Source: Candidatus Krumholzibacteriia bacterium
GTDB lineage: Bacteria; Krumholzibacteriota; Krumholzibacteriia; JAJRXK01
Assembly: GCA_041484665.1 (NCBI GenBank)
Contig: JBGPIA010000005.1
Coordinates: forward strand, 96,001 to 160,000
DNA: 64,000 nt
Direction: 5' to 3'
Positions within the stretch are counted from its first letter, which is position 1. Each line of letters starts with the position of its first letter. Positions 1-9,998 of this stretch are shown here, in pieces. The notes below the pieces were generated by a model, which saw only the letters and a list, made by a program, of their open reading frames with translations, was not told the DNA's origin and did not search any database. Position numbers and translations under genes: made by a program.

Positions 1-1
1 G

Positions 2-1009
2 GTCCACGAGTGCTCGACCGTGGACGAGCTGGTGGACGCGATCGTCCGCCTGCGGGTGCGTGGCGCACCGGCCATCGGCGTGGCTGCAGCGCACGGCGCG
101 GCGCTGGCGGCCGATCTGGCGCTGGGGGCGGGCTGCGCCGCGCAGGCGCTGGCGGAGCAGGTGGACGCGGCGCTGGCGGCCCTGCGTCGGGCACGCCCGA
201 CCGCCGTCAATCTGGGGTGGGCAGTGGATCGGATGCGCGCGGTCCTGCAACGGGAGGCGCCGTCCGCCCTGGCCGCCGCGGGGACGGCCGGCGCGCCAGC
301 GCTGCGCGATGCCCTGGCGCGGGAAGCCGCCCTCATCCAGCAAGAGGACCAGCGCCTTTGCCGGGAGTTGGGCGCGCACGGAGCGGAGCTCCTGCCCGAT
401 CCGTGCGTGGTCATGACCCATTGCAACGCCGGCGTGCTCGCGACGGCCGGGATCGGAACGGCTCTGGGCGTGATCTACGCCGCGGCCGAGAGCGGCAAGC
501 GGGTGGAGGTGATCGTCCGGGAGACCCGGCCGCTGCTGCAGGGCGCGCGGCTCACGGCCTGGGAGCTCTCCCGTAATGGTCTGCCCGTCACGCTCATCTG
601 CGACGATGCAGCGGGGTCGATCCTGCGCTCCCGCAGGGTGGACGCGGTCCTGGTCGGCGCCGACCGCATCGCCGCCAACGGGGACGTGGCCAACAAGATC
701 GGGACCTACGCCCTGGCCGTCCTGGCCGCGCGTCACGGCGTGCCGTTCTACGTGGCTGCGCCGTACTCGACCCTGGACCTGTCCCTGCCTGACGGGAGCA
801 CGATCCCCATCGAGGAGCGGTCGCCCGCCGAGGTGTCTGCCCATTGGGCCCAGGCCTCGGGGAGCTCTGGTGTGCGGGTAGCCAATCCGGCCTTCGACGT
901 GACCCCGGCCGAGCTGGTGACGGCCATCATCACCGAGCGGGGGGTCCTGCGTGCCCCGCTGGGCGAGGCCATCCGCCGCCACTACGGGCGGTTGCCGCCG
1001 TCCGGGTAG
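2..1009 (+). CDS. mtnA: S-methyl-5-thioribose-1-phosphate isomerase (5' end runs off the window)
   Basis: Motifs VRGAPAIG, RPTAVNL, THCNAG, ETRPLLQGARLTAWEL, GADRIAANGDVANKIGTY, NPAFDVTP; frame is open to the window edge. Confidence 0.95.
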   Translation, partial: VHECSTVDELVDAIVRLRVRGAPAIGVAAAHGAALAADLALGAGCAAQALAEQVDAALAALRRARPTAVNLGWAVDRMRAVLQREAPSALAAAGTAGAPALRDALAREAALIQQEDQRLCRELGAHGAELLPDPCVVMTHCNAGVLATAGIGTALGVIYAAAESGKRVEVIVRETRPLLQGARLTAWELSRNGLPVTLICDDAAGSILRSRRVDAVLVGADRIAANGDVANKIGTYALAVLAARHGVPFYVAAPYSTLDLSLPDGSTIPIEERSPAEVSAHWAQASGSSGVRVANPAFDVTPAELVTAIITERGVLRAPLGEAIRRHYGRLPPSG

Positions 1010-1011
1010 CC

Positions 1012-1040
1012 TTGACAGAGGCGAAAGGCGCTGATACATT
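1012..1040 (+). promoter_or_regulatory. sigma70-type promoter of the rplM-rpsI operon
   Basis: TTGACA (1012-1017), 17-bp spacer, TACATT (1035-1040) preceded by extended -10 TGn. Confidence 0.8.
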
Positions 1041-1094
1041 CCGGCGGTTGTGCGCGGACAGGATGGGCCTGGACCGAGGGGGAAGGAGCGCCCC

Positions 1095-1523
1095 GTGAAG
1101 ACCTTCAGCGCGAAGGCGCAGGACGTGACCCGGAACTGGTACGTGGTGGATGCCACGGATGTCCCCTTGGGACGTCTGGCCAGCCGTGTGGCGTCGGTGC
1201 TGCGCGGGAAGCACAAGCCGATCTACACGCCGCACGTGGACACCGGCGATCACATCGTCGTGCTCAACGCCAAGGCCATCCGGCTCAGCGGCAACAAGCT
1301 CGAGCAAAAGGTCTACGACCGGTACACGGGCTGGCCCGGCGGCTACTTCCAGCGCACCGCCCGCGAGATGATGCAGCGCGACCCGACCGAGGTGATCCGG
1401 ACGGCCGTCCGCGGGATGCTTCCCAAGAATCCCCTGGGCCGGCACATGCTGGGCAAGCTTAAGATCTACGAAGGATCCGAGCATCCCCACGCCGCCCAGA
1501 AGCCCGAGCCCATGACCATCTGA
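1095..1523 (+). CDS. rplM: 50S ribosomal protein L13
   Basis: [45 protein letters not shown] start after AAGGAG. Confidence 0.98.
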   Translation: MKTFSAKAQDVTRNWYVVDATDVPLGRLASRVASVLRGKHKPIYTPHVDTGDHIVVLNAKAIRLSGNKLEQKVYDRYTGWPGGYFQRTAREMMQRDPTEVIRTAVRGMLPKNPLGRHMLGKLKIYEGSEHPHAAQKPEPMTI

Positions 1524-1618
1524 CGCCCCGCGCGCACGCCGGGGGTGCCCGTGGGGACCAGCGGTCGCCTGGCCTGTCCTTCGCGTCGCGCACCGCCGTC
1601 ACGAGTAGAGGAGCCCCT

Positions 1619-2020
1619 ATGGAGCAGGTCATCAGCGGCCGCACCTACGCCACCGGGCGGCGCAAGGAGTCGGTGGCTCGCGTGTGGCTGATTCCCGGCA
1701 GCGGCGCGATCAGCGTCAACGGCCGCCTGTTCGAGGACTATTTCCCCACAGAGACCCATCGCCAGGTCGTGCAGCAGCCCCTGATGGTGCTGAACAAGCG
1801 CGCCGAGTACGATGTGCGGGCCACCGTCAACGGCGGGGGCATCTCCGGCCAGGCTGGCGCCGTACGGCACGGGCTCGCGCGCGCCCTCGCCGCCGTCGAC
1901 CCGGGATTCCGGGCCCCGCTGCGCAAGGCGGGCCTGCTGACGCGGGACGCCCGGATGGTGGAGCGCAAGAAGTACGGCCGCCCGGGAGCGCGCAAGCGCT
2001 TCCAGTTCTCCAAGCGCTAG
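1619..2020 (+). CDS. rpsI: 30S ribosomal protein S9
   Basis: [37 protein letters not shown]-terminal QFSKR. Confidence 0.98.
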   Translation: MEQVISGRTYATGRRKESVARVWLIPGSGAISVNGRLFEDYFPTETHRQVVQQPLMVLNKRAEYDVRATVNGGGISGQAGAVRHGLARALAAVDPGFRAPLRKAGLLTRDARMVERKKYGRPGARKRFQFSKR

Positions 2021-2039
2021 TCGCTGGAGCCGTCAAAAC

Positions 2040-2120
2040 GTCGCACCCGCCGGGAGCGGGACCCCTCAGGTGCGCCCAGGGCGTCGGGGACCGCAGCGAT
2101 CGGCGGGGAGGAGCAACCTG
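2040..2120 (+). promoter_or_regulatory. putative S2-binding rpsB leader RNA (autogenous control)
   Basis: CACCC start; CCCGCCG (2046-2052) pairs with CGGCGGG (2101-2107); internal GGUG (2069-2072); followed by GAGGAGCAACC, as in known rpsB leaders; directly upstream of rpsB. Confidence 0.6.
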
Positions 2121-2178
2121 AACGGGACGCGCGGGCGCTGCAGGGCGGCCGCGGCCCCAACGCACGAGGTGCCAGTCC

Positions 2179-2961
2179 ATGGCGAGCAACGTCACCCTCA
2201 AGGATCTGCTGGAGTCCGGCGCACACTTCGGTCACCAGACGCGCAAGTGGAACCCGCGCATGAAGGAGTACATCTTCATCGCGCGCGGGGGCATCCACAT
2301 CATCGACCTGCAGAAGACCCTCAAGTCCATCGAAGTCGCCTACGACTTCCTGCGCAGCGTCGCCGCGTCGGGGCGCAAGGTGCTGTTCGTGGCCACCAAG
2401 AAGCAGGCGCGCTTGCCGGTGCAGGAGGCTGCCACCGCCGTGGGCATGCCCTACGTCACGGAGCGCTGGCTGGGCGGGATGCTCACCAACTTCCAGACGA
2501 TCAGCAAGAGCATCCAGAAGCTCGATGACATCGAGAAGCTCCTGGCCGGCCCGGGCGCCGAGGTGCTGCCCAAGAAGGAGGCCATCTCCCAGGGGCGCGC
2601 CGCGGAGAAGCTGCGCAAGAACCTGGGCGGTATCCGCGAGATGGAGCGGCTGCCGGGGGCGCTGTTCGTGATCGATACCACCGAAGAGCTGATCGCCGTC
2701 AAGGAGGCGAACAAGCTCCACATCCCGGTGGTCGGTGTGGTCGACACCAACGCCGATCCCTTCGCGATCGACTACCCGATCCCGGGCAACGACGACGCGA
2801 TCCGCTCGATCCTGCTCTTCGTGAAGGTGGCCAAGGACGCCATCAGCGACGGGCTCTCGACGCGTTCGGAAGGTGCTGCCGAGGTGGAGATGGTCAGCCC
2901 CGAGCGCCGCACGATCGCATCCGTCGAGGCCGTCGCGGCCGCCCCAGCGGCCGAGGCCTGA
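2179..2961 (+). CDS. rpsB: 30S ribosomal protein S2
   Basis: GAHFGHQTRKWNPRM, RWLGGMLTN, VDTNADP, PGNDDAIRS. Confidence 0.98.
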   Translation: MASNVTLKDLLESGAHFGHQTRKWNPRMKEYIFIARGGIHIIDLQKTLKSIEVAYDFLRSVAASGRKVLFVATKKQARLPVQEAATAVGMPYVTERWLGGMLTNFQTISKSIQKLDDIEKLLAGPGAEVLPKKEAISQGRAAEKLRKNLGGIREMERLPGALFVIDTTEELIAVKEANKLHIPVVGVVDTNADPFAIDYPIPGNDDAIRSILLFVKVAKDAISDGLSTRSEGAAEVEMVSPERRTIASVEAVAAAPAAEA

Positions 2962-2987
2962 CCCATCCGCGAAAGGTCCGCATCGTC

Positions 2988-3581
2988 ATGAACATCAGCG
3001 CGCAGCAGGTGGCGGAGCTCCGGGAGAAGACCGGAGTCGGCATGATGGATTGCAAGAAGGCGCTCCTGGAGACCGGCGGAGACGTCGAAAAGGCGATCGA
3101 TTACTTGCGCACGCAGGGGTTCGCCAAGGCCGCCAAGCGGGCCGGGCGGGCCACCAGCCAGGGGCTGGTAGAGGCGTACATCCATCCCGGCGCCCAGGTG
3201 GGCGTGTTGGTGGAGCTGGACTGCGAGACCGACTTCGTGGCGCGCAACGACGAATTCAAGACGCTGGCCCGCGACATCGCCTTGCATGTGGCCGCGAGCA
3301 ACCCGCTGGCGATCAGCGGGGACGAGCTCGATCCGACCGTGCTGGAGAAGGAGCGCGAGATCTACCGCGCGCAGACGCTGGCCGAGGGCAAGCCAGAGAG
3401 CATGGTGGACAAGATCGTCGAGGGGCGGCTTCAGAAGTACAAGAAAGAGGTCGCGCTGCTCGACCAGCCCTTCGTAAAGAACCCCAACGAGACGGTGGGC
3501 GACCTCGTCAAGAGCAAGATCGCCACCTTCGGTGAGAACATCACCGTCCGGCGCATCGCGCGCTTCCAGATCGGCGCCTGA
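2988..3581 (+). CDS. tsf: elongation factor Ts (short form)
   Basis: LREKTGVGMMDCKKAL, CETDFVARN, LLDQPFVK. Confidence 0.98.
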   Translation: MNISAQQVAELREKTGVGMMDCKKALLETGGDVEKAIDYLRTQGFAKAAKRAGRATSQGLVEAYIHPGAQVGVLVELDCETDFVARNDEFKTLARDIALHVAASNPLAISGDELDPTVLEKEREIYRAQTLAEGKPESMVDKIVEGRLQKYKKEVALLDQPFVKNPNETVGDLVKSKIATFGENITVRRIARFQIGA

Positions 3582-3619
3582 CGGCAGCAGGGGCTCGCAG
3601 CCCGGCCTGCGCGTTGCAA

Positions 3620-4342
3620 ATGGCGGCCTTTTCCCGGATACTACTCAAGCTGAGCGGAGAAGTCCTCCGCTCGGGCGAGGAGTGCTTCGCGCCGCTGCGC
3701 CTGGCGGCCGTCGCGCAGGCGCTGGTCAGCACCGTGCGGACCGGCGTGCAGACGGCCGTTGTCGTCGGCGGCGGGAACATCTTCCGCGGACGAAACACGG
3801 CCCCCGATCAGACCCGCACCGAGGCCGACCATATCGGGATGCTCGCGACCATCCTCAATGCCGGGATGCTGAGATTCCACATCGAAGCGGCCGGAGCGCG
3901 CTGCCGCGTGTTCGCGCCGCGCGCCGTCCCACCCCTCGCGGAGGCGTTCGACCGCCGGGCCGCCCTGGCGGCGCTCGCAGCCGGGGACGTGGTGCTGCTG
4001 GGCGGCGGGACGGGCAACCCGTGCTTTTCGACCGACTCCGCCGCGGCGCTGCGCGCCGTGGAGCTGGCGGCCGACGCCGTGCTCAAGGGGACGCTGGTCG
4101 ACGGCGTCTACGACAAGGACCCCAACCGCCACGCGGACGCCCGCCGCTTCGACTCCTTGACCTTCGACGAGGTGCTGCGGCGCGACCTGAAGGTCATGGA
4201 CCAGACCGCGGTGGCGCTCTGCCGGGAGTATGGGATGAAGGTGGTGGTCTTCGACATCACCGATCCGCTCAATCTGGTGCGCGTGGTGACGGGGTCGCTG
4301 CAGGGGAGCGTGATCCACAGCGGGCGCGCCGCGGCGCACTGA
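3620..4342 (+). CDS. pyrH: uridylate kinase
   Basis: LLKLSGE, GGGNIFRG, GMLAT, GTGNP..STDSAAALRA, VDGVYDKDP; syntenic between tsf and frr. Confidence 0.95.
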   Translation: MAAFSRILLKLSGEVLRSGEECFAPLRLAAVAQALVSTVRTGVQTAVVVGGGNIFRGRNTAPDQTRTEADHIGMLATILNAGMLRFHIEAAGARCRVFAPRAVPPLAEAFDRRAALAALAAGDVVLLGGGTGNPCFSTDSAAALRAVELAADAVLKGTLVDGVYDKDPNRHADARRFDSLTFDEVLRRDLKVMDQTAVALCREYGMKVVVFDITDPLNLVRVVTGSLQGSVIHSGRAAAH

Positions 4343-4376
4343 CGGCCGTGAGTCCGCGCTGACAAGGGGAGGGCGC

Positions 4377-4934
4377 ATGCTGGAGAGCGTCTACAAAGAT
4401 ACCGAGAAGAAGATGACGACGGCGGTCGAGGCCCTCAAGCGCGAGTTGGGCGTGATCCGCACCGGGAAGGCCTCGCCCCACCTCCTCGACCACATCGCCG
4501 TGGAGGCATACGGGACGCGGATGCCGCTCAACCAGCTGGCGACGCTGAGTGCTCCCGAGCCGCGACTGCTCACGGTCCAACCGTTCGATCGCACGCAGAT
4601 GGCCGCCATCGAGAAGGCGATCCGGGCGAGCGAGCTGGGCGTCAATCCCACCAACGACGGCACCCTCATCCGCATCCCGATCCCGCCGCTCAACGAGGAG
4701 CGCCGCCGTGAGTTCGTCAAGCTCGCTCGCAAGCACGGCGAGGAGGCCAAGGTGGCTGTCCGGGCGGTGCGCCGGGACATGAACGAGCGGCTCAAGAAGG
4801 GGAAGGACGCTGGGGACGTGCCCGAGGACGACGTGCACCGGGGCCAGGAGAAGATCCAGAAGATCACCGACGAGTTCGTGGTGCAGGTCGACAAGATCCT
4901 CGCCGCCAAGGAGAAGGAGATCATGGAGGTCTGA
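4377..4934 (+). CDS. frr: ribosome recycling factor
   Basis: IRTGKASP, AYGTRMPLNQLA, NPTNDG, PPLNEERR, KEKEIMEV. Confidence 0.98.
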   Translation: MLESVYKDTEKKMTTAVEALKRELGVIRTGKASPHLLDHIAVEAYGTRMPLNQLATLSAPEPRLLTVQPFDRTQMAAIEKAIRASELGVNPTNDGTLIRIPIPPLNEERRREFVKLARKHGEEAKVAVRAVRRDMNERLKKGKDAGDVPEDDVHRGQEKIQKITDEFVVQVDKILAAKEKEIMEV

Positions 4935-4962
4935 CGCCTCGAGCGTCGCCCAGGGGCCCGCC

Positions 4963-5712
4963 ATGTCCACCCGTCTGGAAGACCAGCAGCTCACCGAGCA
5001 GATCCGCCAACGGGGGAATCTCCCGCGCCACATCGCCGTCATCATGGACGGCAACGGGCGCTGGGCGCGCAAGCGGGGCCTGCCCCGCATCGCCGGTCAC
5101 CGCGCTGGCCGCCACGCCGTGCGCGAGACCGTGCGTACCTGCGCGCAGCTGGGCGTGGAGGCGCTCACGCTCTACACCTTTAGCCGCGAGAACTGGAAGC
5201 GCCCCAGCTACGAGGTGCGAGCGCTCTGGGCGTTCCTGGAGGAAGTGCTGCGCACCGAGTTCCTGGAGCTTTGCGACAACAACATCCGACTGATCGCCAC
5301 CGGTGAGATGACCGCGTTGCCCAAGAGCACGCTCTCTGTCCTGCGCGACGCGCAGACCCGGCTGGGCGCCAACAACGGCATGATCCTCAATCTGGCGCTG
5401 AGCTACGGGGGCCGCTTCGAGATCGTCACCGCCGCGCGGCGCTTCGCCCAGGACGTGCTCGCGGGCAAGATCGCCCCCGACGAGCTCACCGAGGCGCGCT
5501 TCCAGGGCTACCTGCACGCGCCGGAGCTGCTGGATCCAGATCTGCTGATCCGCACAAGCGGAGAGATGCGCCTGAGCAACTTCCTGCTGTGGCAGTTGGC
5601 CTACGCCGAGCTGTACGTCACCGACGTGCTGTGGCCCGACTTCCGCAAGCGCCACCTGCTGGAGGCGATCGCATCCTACCAGCAGCGCAAACGGCGCTTC
5701 GGCGGGCTGTAG
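4963..5712 (+). CDS. uppS: undecaprenyl diphosphate synthase (isoprenyl transferase)
   Basis: HIAVIMDGNGRWA, FSRENWKRP, DLLIRTSGEMRLSNFLLWQ, RRFGG. Confidence 0.97.
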   Translation: MSTRLEDQQLTEQIRQRGNLPRHIAVIMDGNGRWARKRGLPRIAGHRAGRHAVRETVRTCAQLGVEALTLYTFSRENWKRPSYEVRALWAFLEEVLRTEFLELCDNNIRLIATGEMTALPKSTLSVLRDAQTRLGANNGMILNLALSYGGRFEIVTAARRFAQDVLAGKIAPDELTEARFQGYLHAPELLDPDLLIRTSGEMRLSNFLLWQLAYAELYVTDVLWPDFRKRHLLEAIASYQQRKRRFGGL

Positions 5713-5715
5713 GCC

Positions 5716-6603
5716 GTGGCCACAGCGCAGCCCGTTTCACAGGCGGCAGCGGCCGCGGAGGGACCCTTGGCGTCTGCCGATCCCTCGCTACCCGCCCGCG
5801 TGCTGGCCGCGGCCGTGTTCCTGCCCTGCCTGTTCCTGATCACGCGTCGCGGCGATCTCCCGTTCCTGTTCTTGGTGACGCTGATCGTGCTGACGGGGAT
5901 GCTGGAGTTCTACAGCCTGATGGACGCGAAGGGGTTCCGGCCGGCGCGCTGGCTGGGCCTCGCTTGCGGGCTGGCGCTGGTGTGGTACGCCTACTTCCGC
6001 GCCGGCCACTATGCGAACCTCCTGCTCGCGATTGCGCTCCTCGCGCTCATGACCCTTGAGCTCGCGCGCCGTACGACCGAGCAGGCGGTGCTGCGCATCA
6101 GCACCACCATCTTCGGCGTGCTGTACGTCGGCTGGCTGGGCAGTCACTTCGTGCTGCTGCGCGAGCTGCCACGCCTGGCCGGGCTGGACTACGCGCTGGG
6201 GGCGCGCTTCGTGTTCCTGGCCATCGCGCTCACCTGGAGCTGCGACACGGGCGCCTATTTCGTGGGGCGGGCGATCGGGCGCCATCCGCTCATCCCGCGC
6301 GTCAGCCCGCGCAAGACGGTGGAGGGAGCGGCTGGGGGCGTGGTGTTCGCGGTGGTGGCCGGGGTGATCGCGCAGCGCACGTTCGCCGGCTACCTGCAGC
6401 TGTCCACGGCCGTGGGCCTGGCGCTCGTGACGGCGGTGGCGGGGACCATGGGCGACCTCGTGGAGTCGCTCCTGAAGCGCGACAGCAACGTGAAGGACAG
6501 TGCCCGCCTCATTCCGGGCCACGGCGGCACGCTCGACCGCTTCGACAGTCTTTTCTTCTCCATCCCCCTCATCTACTATTTCCACAAGTTCTTCGTCATC
6601 TGA
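5716..6603 (+). CDS. cdsA: phosphatidate cytidylyltransferase
   Basis: Hydrophobic protein with DTGAYFVG, SPRKTVEG, GDLVESLLKR, KDS..LIPGHGG.LDRFDS. Confidence 0.95.
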   Translation: MATAQPVSQAAAAAEGPLASADPSLPARVLAAAVFLPCLFLITRRGDLPFLFLVTLIVLTGMLEFYSLMDAKGFRPARWLGLACGLALVWYAYFRAGHYANLLLAIALLALMTLELARRTTEQAVLRISTTIFGVLYVGWLGSHFVLLRELPRLAGLDYALGARFVFLAIALTWSCDTGAYFVGRAIGRHPLIPRVSPRKTVEGAAGGVVFAVVAGVIAQRTFAGYLQLSTAVGLALVTAVAGTMGDLVESLLKRDSNVKDSARLIPGHGGTLDRFDSLFFSIPLIYYFHKFFVI

Positions 6604-6644
6604 TCGTCGTGCGGCCCACGGCTGATCATCGTGCGGCCCACGGC
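6601..6644. repeat. 22-bp tandem duplication starting at the cdsA stop codon
   Basis: TGATCGTCGTGCGGCCCACGGC / TGATCATCGTGCGGCCCACGGC, one mismatch. Confidence 0.9.
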
Positions 6645-6739
6645 GCCGGACGCACCGCACGGGGAGCACGCGACCTCCTTCGGCGCTCGGGCGCGATGGC
6701 GCCGGGGCGCATCGTTCCCCAGCCTGGACGACACCGCCG

Positions 6740-7927
6740 ATGACGAGCGCTCAGACCACCTCTCCCAAGCCTCTGCTGCTGCTGGGTGCCACCGGTTCCA
6801 TCGGCCAAAGCACGCTCGATCTGGTCTCACGGTTGCCCGGGCGCTTCCGGGTGGCGGGCGCTTCGGCGCAGCGCCGGGCCCACGAGCTCGTGCAGCTCGC
6901 CCGCGCCTTCGAGATCCCGCGTCTGTGCGTCGTCGACGGGGCCGCGCGCGCCGAGCTCGTGCGGGAGGCCCCTGATCTGGCCCCGCGCCTGACGGCCGCG
7001 GGAGCGGGGGGACTGCTGGAGCTCGTTGCCGCGTGCCCGGGCGCCACGGTCGTCAACGGCCTGGTCGGCGCGGCCGGCCTGGCCCCCACCGTCGCGGCCC
7101 TGCGCGCCGGGATGGACGTGGCGCTGGCCAACAAGGAGGCGCTGGTGGTCGGGGGCCCGCTGCTGCTGGAGGCGGCGCGGCAGGGCCAGAGCCGGCTCTG
7201 GCCCGTCGACAGCGAGCATTCGGCCATCGCCCAGTGCCTGCGCGGGAACCCGCTCCAGGAGGTGTTCGCCCTCTGGCTGACCGCGTCCGGCGGCCCATTC
7301 CGTGACCGGGACCCGCGCACGCTGGGGCAGGTCAGCGTGGCCGAAGTCCTTGCCCACCCCACCTGGCAAATGGGCCCCAAGATCACCGTCGACTCGGCGA
7401 CCATGATGAACAAAGGGCTCGAAGTGCTCGAGGCCCACCTGCTGTTCGGCATCGACCTTGCACACATCCACGTGGTGATCCATCGCCAGTCGATCATCCA
7501 CAGCATGGTGGAATTCGTGGATGGCGCCGTGCTGGCGCAGCTGGGCGCGCCCGACATGCGGATTCCGATCCTCTACGCCCTCGAGGAGGGCGCGCACCGG
7601 GAGGCGGACCTGCAGCGTTACAACCCGGTCTCGGGCGGGCCGCTCACCTTCGAGGAGCCCGACCCGGCGCGCTACCCCTGCCTGGCTCTGGCCCGGCGGG
7701 CGGCGGCCGCAGGCGGTGGGGCACCCGTCGTGCTCAACGCCGCCAACGAGGAGGCGGTGGCAGGTGTGCTCCGGGAGGAGCTATCTTTCGCGGAGATCCC
7801 ACGCGTGATCGAGTGGGCTCTGGGCGCGATCGCGCCCGGCCGCATCGCGTCGGTGGAGGACGCGCTGCAGCTCGACGCCCACGTCCGCGCCCGCGCGCGG
7901 GAGTGGGTCCTGGCCAGGGCGCGCTGA
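6740..7927 (+). CDS. dxr: 1-deoxy-D-xylulose-5-phosphate reductoisomerase
   Basis: GATGSIG, LANKE, PVDSEHSAI, TASGGPFR, HPTWQMGPKITVDSAT, NKGLE, NAANE. Confidence 0.97.
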   Translation: MTSAQTTSPKPLLLLGATGSIGQSTLDLVSRLPGRFRVAGASAQRRAHELVQLARAFEIPRLCVVDGAARAELVREAPDLAPRLTAAGAGGLLELVAACPGATVVNGLVGAAGLAPTVAALRAGMDVALANKEALVVGGPLLLEAARQGQSRLWPVDSEHSAIAQCLRGNPLQEVFALWLTASGGPFRDRDPRTLGQVSVAEVLAHPTWQMGPKITVDSATMMNKGLEVLEAHLLFGIDLAHIHVVIHRQSIIHSMVEFVDGAVLAQLGAPDMRIPILYALEEGAHREADLQRYNPVSGGPLTFEEPDPARYPCLALARRAAAAGGGAPVVLNAANEEAVAGVLREELSFAEIPRVIEWALGAIAPGRIASVEDALQLDAHVRARAREWVLARAR

Positions 7928-8014
7928 GCCCCGGTCGCAACGTCCACGCGGATACGCCCGCCGGCGGTCGCACCTGCCGGCGCTTCGAGCCTGCGCCAGA
8001 CCCCAGGAGCCTCC

Positions 8015-9397
8015 ATGGAGCTCGCAACCATTCTGCTCGCGTTCGTGTTCGTGTTGGGCGTCGTGATCGTCGTCCACGAGTCGGGCCACTTCATGGTGGC
8101 GAAGGCCGTGGGCGTCTACGTCAAGACGTTCTCCATCGGGTTCGGGCCCAAGCTCCTGCGGCGGCGCTTCGGCGAGACCGAGTACGCCCTGTCCGCCGTT
8201 CCGTTCGGTGGCTACGTGAAGATGGCCGGCGAGGGAGTGATGGAGCAAATCCAGGACGCCGGCACCGGTGAGACGTCCCACGACGGCAGCGTGATCCCCG
8301 AGCACCGCTTCTTCTCCAGCAAGACCACCTTCCAGCGCCTGGCCATCGTCACGGCCGGCCCGACCATGAACTTGGTGCTCGCCCTGCTGGTGGTGATCGC
8401 CCTGGTCTGGGCCGAGGGCCTGCAGATCACGCCCATCACGACCATCGGCACCGTTGAGGAGAATACGCCGGCGGCGCAGGCGGGTCTGCAGCCGGGCGAC
8501 CGCATCGTCAGCGTGGCGGGCGAGCCGTCGCAGTCGTGGGAGGAGATGCTGATCCGTCTCACCGACGAGGCCGCCGCCCGGCGAACGCCGGTTCCGCTGG
8601 TCTACGAGCGCGCCGGGGAGCAGCACAGCACGGCACTGACGCCCGTGCGCGACAAGGACAGCCGCGACCTGTGGGTCATCGGGATGCGCTACCGCCCCGA
8701 TACGCGCGTGGGCAAGGTGAAGAAGGGCGGGCCCGCCGACCTGGCCGGCTTGCGGCAAGGCGACGTGATCGTCGAGGTGAACGGGCAGCCGGTCAGCGAC
8801 TTCGACGCGATCGCCCAGGTGATCCACAACAGCATCGGGCAGCCCGTGCAGCTCATCTGGGAGCGTGGCGGCCAGCGCAAGAGTGCGAGCGTCGTTCCCC
8901 AGAAGGCGCAAGTACCCGTCGACTACGACAACGTGGAGACCTTCGGGCGGATCTTCTTCGAGCAGTACCGCGAGAACCGCAAGGTCGGCCTCGCGCAGGC
9001 GGTCAAGGAGGGCACGCTGCGCACCTGGGCGATGATCGATGGCACGGTCAGCTACCTGGGCAGCCGCATCCACCAGCTGATCAAGACCGGCCGCACCTCG
9101 GCGGATGCGGTGAGCGGCCCGATCGGCATCGCGCGCATGGCCGGTGAGATGGCGATGTGGGGTTTCGACCGGCTGTTGTGGTTCCTGGCGATCCTGAGCG
9201 TCAACCTGTTCCTGCTGAACCTGCTCCCCATCCCGGTGCTGGATGGCGGTCACGCCATGTTCATCGTCTACGAGATCTTCTCGCGCCGGCGAGTGAACCA
9301 GCGGGTGCAACTCATCGCGACCCAGGTGGGCTTCGTGTTGCTGCTGCTGTTCATGGTCTTCGTCATCGCCCGCGACGTCATCCACCTCGCCAGCTGA
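8015..9397 (+). CDS. rseP: RIP metalloprotease RseP with two PDZ domains
   Basis: HESGH zinc motif, GGYVKM, AGP..N, two PDZ-like segments, NLLPIPVLDGGH. Confidence 0.95.
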   Translation: MELATILLAFVFVLGVVIVVHESGHFMVAKAVGVYVKTFSIGFGPKLLRRRFGETEYALSAVPFGGYVKMAGEGVMEQIQDAGTGETSHDGSVIPEHRFFSSKTTFQRLAIVTAGPTMNLVLALLVVIALVWAEGLQITPITTIGTVEENTPAAQAGLQPGDRIVSVAGEPSQSWEEMLIRLTDEAAARRTPVPLVYERAGEQHSTALTPVRDKDSRDLWVIGMRYRPDTRVGKVKKGGPADLAGLRQGDVIVEVNGQPVSDFDAIAQVIHNSIGQPVQLIWERGGQRKSASVVPQKAQVPVDYDNVETFGRIFFEQYRENRKVGLAQAVKEGTLRTWAMIDGTVSYLGSRIHQLIKTGRTSADAVSGPIGIARMAGEMAMWGFDRLLWFLAILSVNLFLLNLLPIPVLDGGHAMFIVYEIFSRRRVNQRVQLIATQVGFVLLLLFMVFVIARDVIHLAS

Positions 9398-9456
9398 GCG
9401 ACCCACTTCGCCCTCTGAGCGATCCGCCTCACCCGTCGAGCGGTCCAGCTCGCCCG
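9394..9456. repeat. degenerate 21-bp tandem repeat (x3) starting at the rseP stop codon
   Basis: CTGAGCGACCCACTTCGCCCT / CTGAGCGATCCGCCTCACCCG / TCGAGCGGTCCAGCTCGCCCG. Confidence 0.7.
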
Positions 9457-9512
9457 CGCAGCGATGCGGGCGGCCGCCCGCCACAGGCCCAAGGCCTTGC
9501 GACGCCCACCGC

Positions 9513-9893
9513 CTACCCGCCGGGCGGACCGGCGCGCACCCGCGCGGGTCCCACCGGCGCGGGGAACAAGGTCTCGCGCATGGCCTCCAGACTGTCGTGA
9601 ACCGCCTGGATCACCAGGCGCCCCCGTTCGGGCTCGCGCCACAGCCGCGCCAGGCGCCCATCGAGCTGCTGGCGCAGAGCAACCGTGTCCAGCGCGGCCG
9701 CGCTCGGCACGGCTGTGGCGCTATCGGCGGCCCCATCAGCCCCGGCAGGGCCCAGACGGGCGCGCACGCCATCGACCAGCTCGCGCACCAGCCGCTCCTC
9801 GTCGCGGCTGGGGCGCGCGGGTCCGCGGCCACGACTGCAAGCGGCCGCCACGGTGCACAGGAGGAGCAGAAGCGTTATTGCCGTTCTCATCAT
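9513..9893 (-). CDS. hypothetical lipoprotein
   Basis: MMRTAITLLLLLCTVAAA-C signal peptide with lipobox-like VAAAC; fills the gap between rseP and the Omp85 gene. Confidence 0.6.
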   Translation of the reverse strand: MMRTAITLLLLLCTVAAACSRGRGPARPSRDEERLVRELVDGVRARLGPAGADGAADSATAVPSAAALDTVALRQQLDGRLARLWREPERGRLVIQAVHDSLEAMRETLFPAPVGPARVRAGPPGG

Positions 9894-9998
9894 TTGCCAG
9901 TTGTCTTCCAGGCGTCCGCGCACCTATACATGCCGGGGCACCGGCGCCCCCCACGGCCCGCCCCGTCGGGAGCGCCGGGCATCGACTCCAGGATCCGC

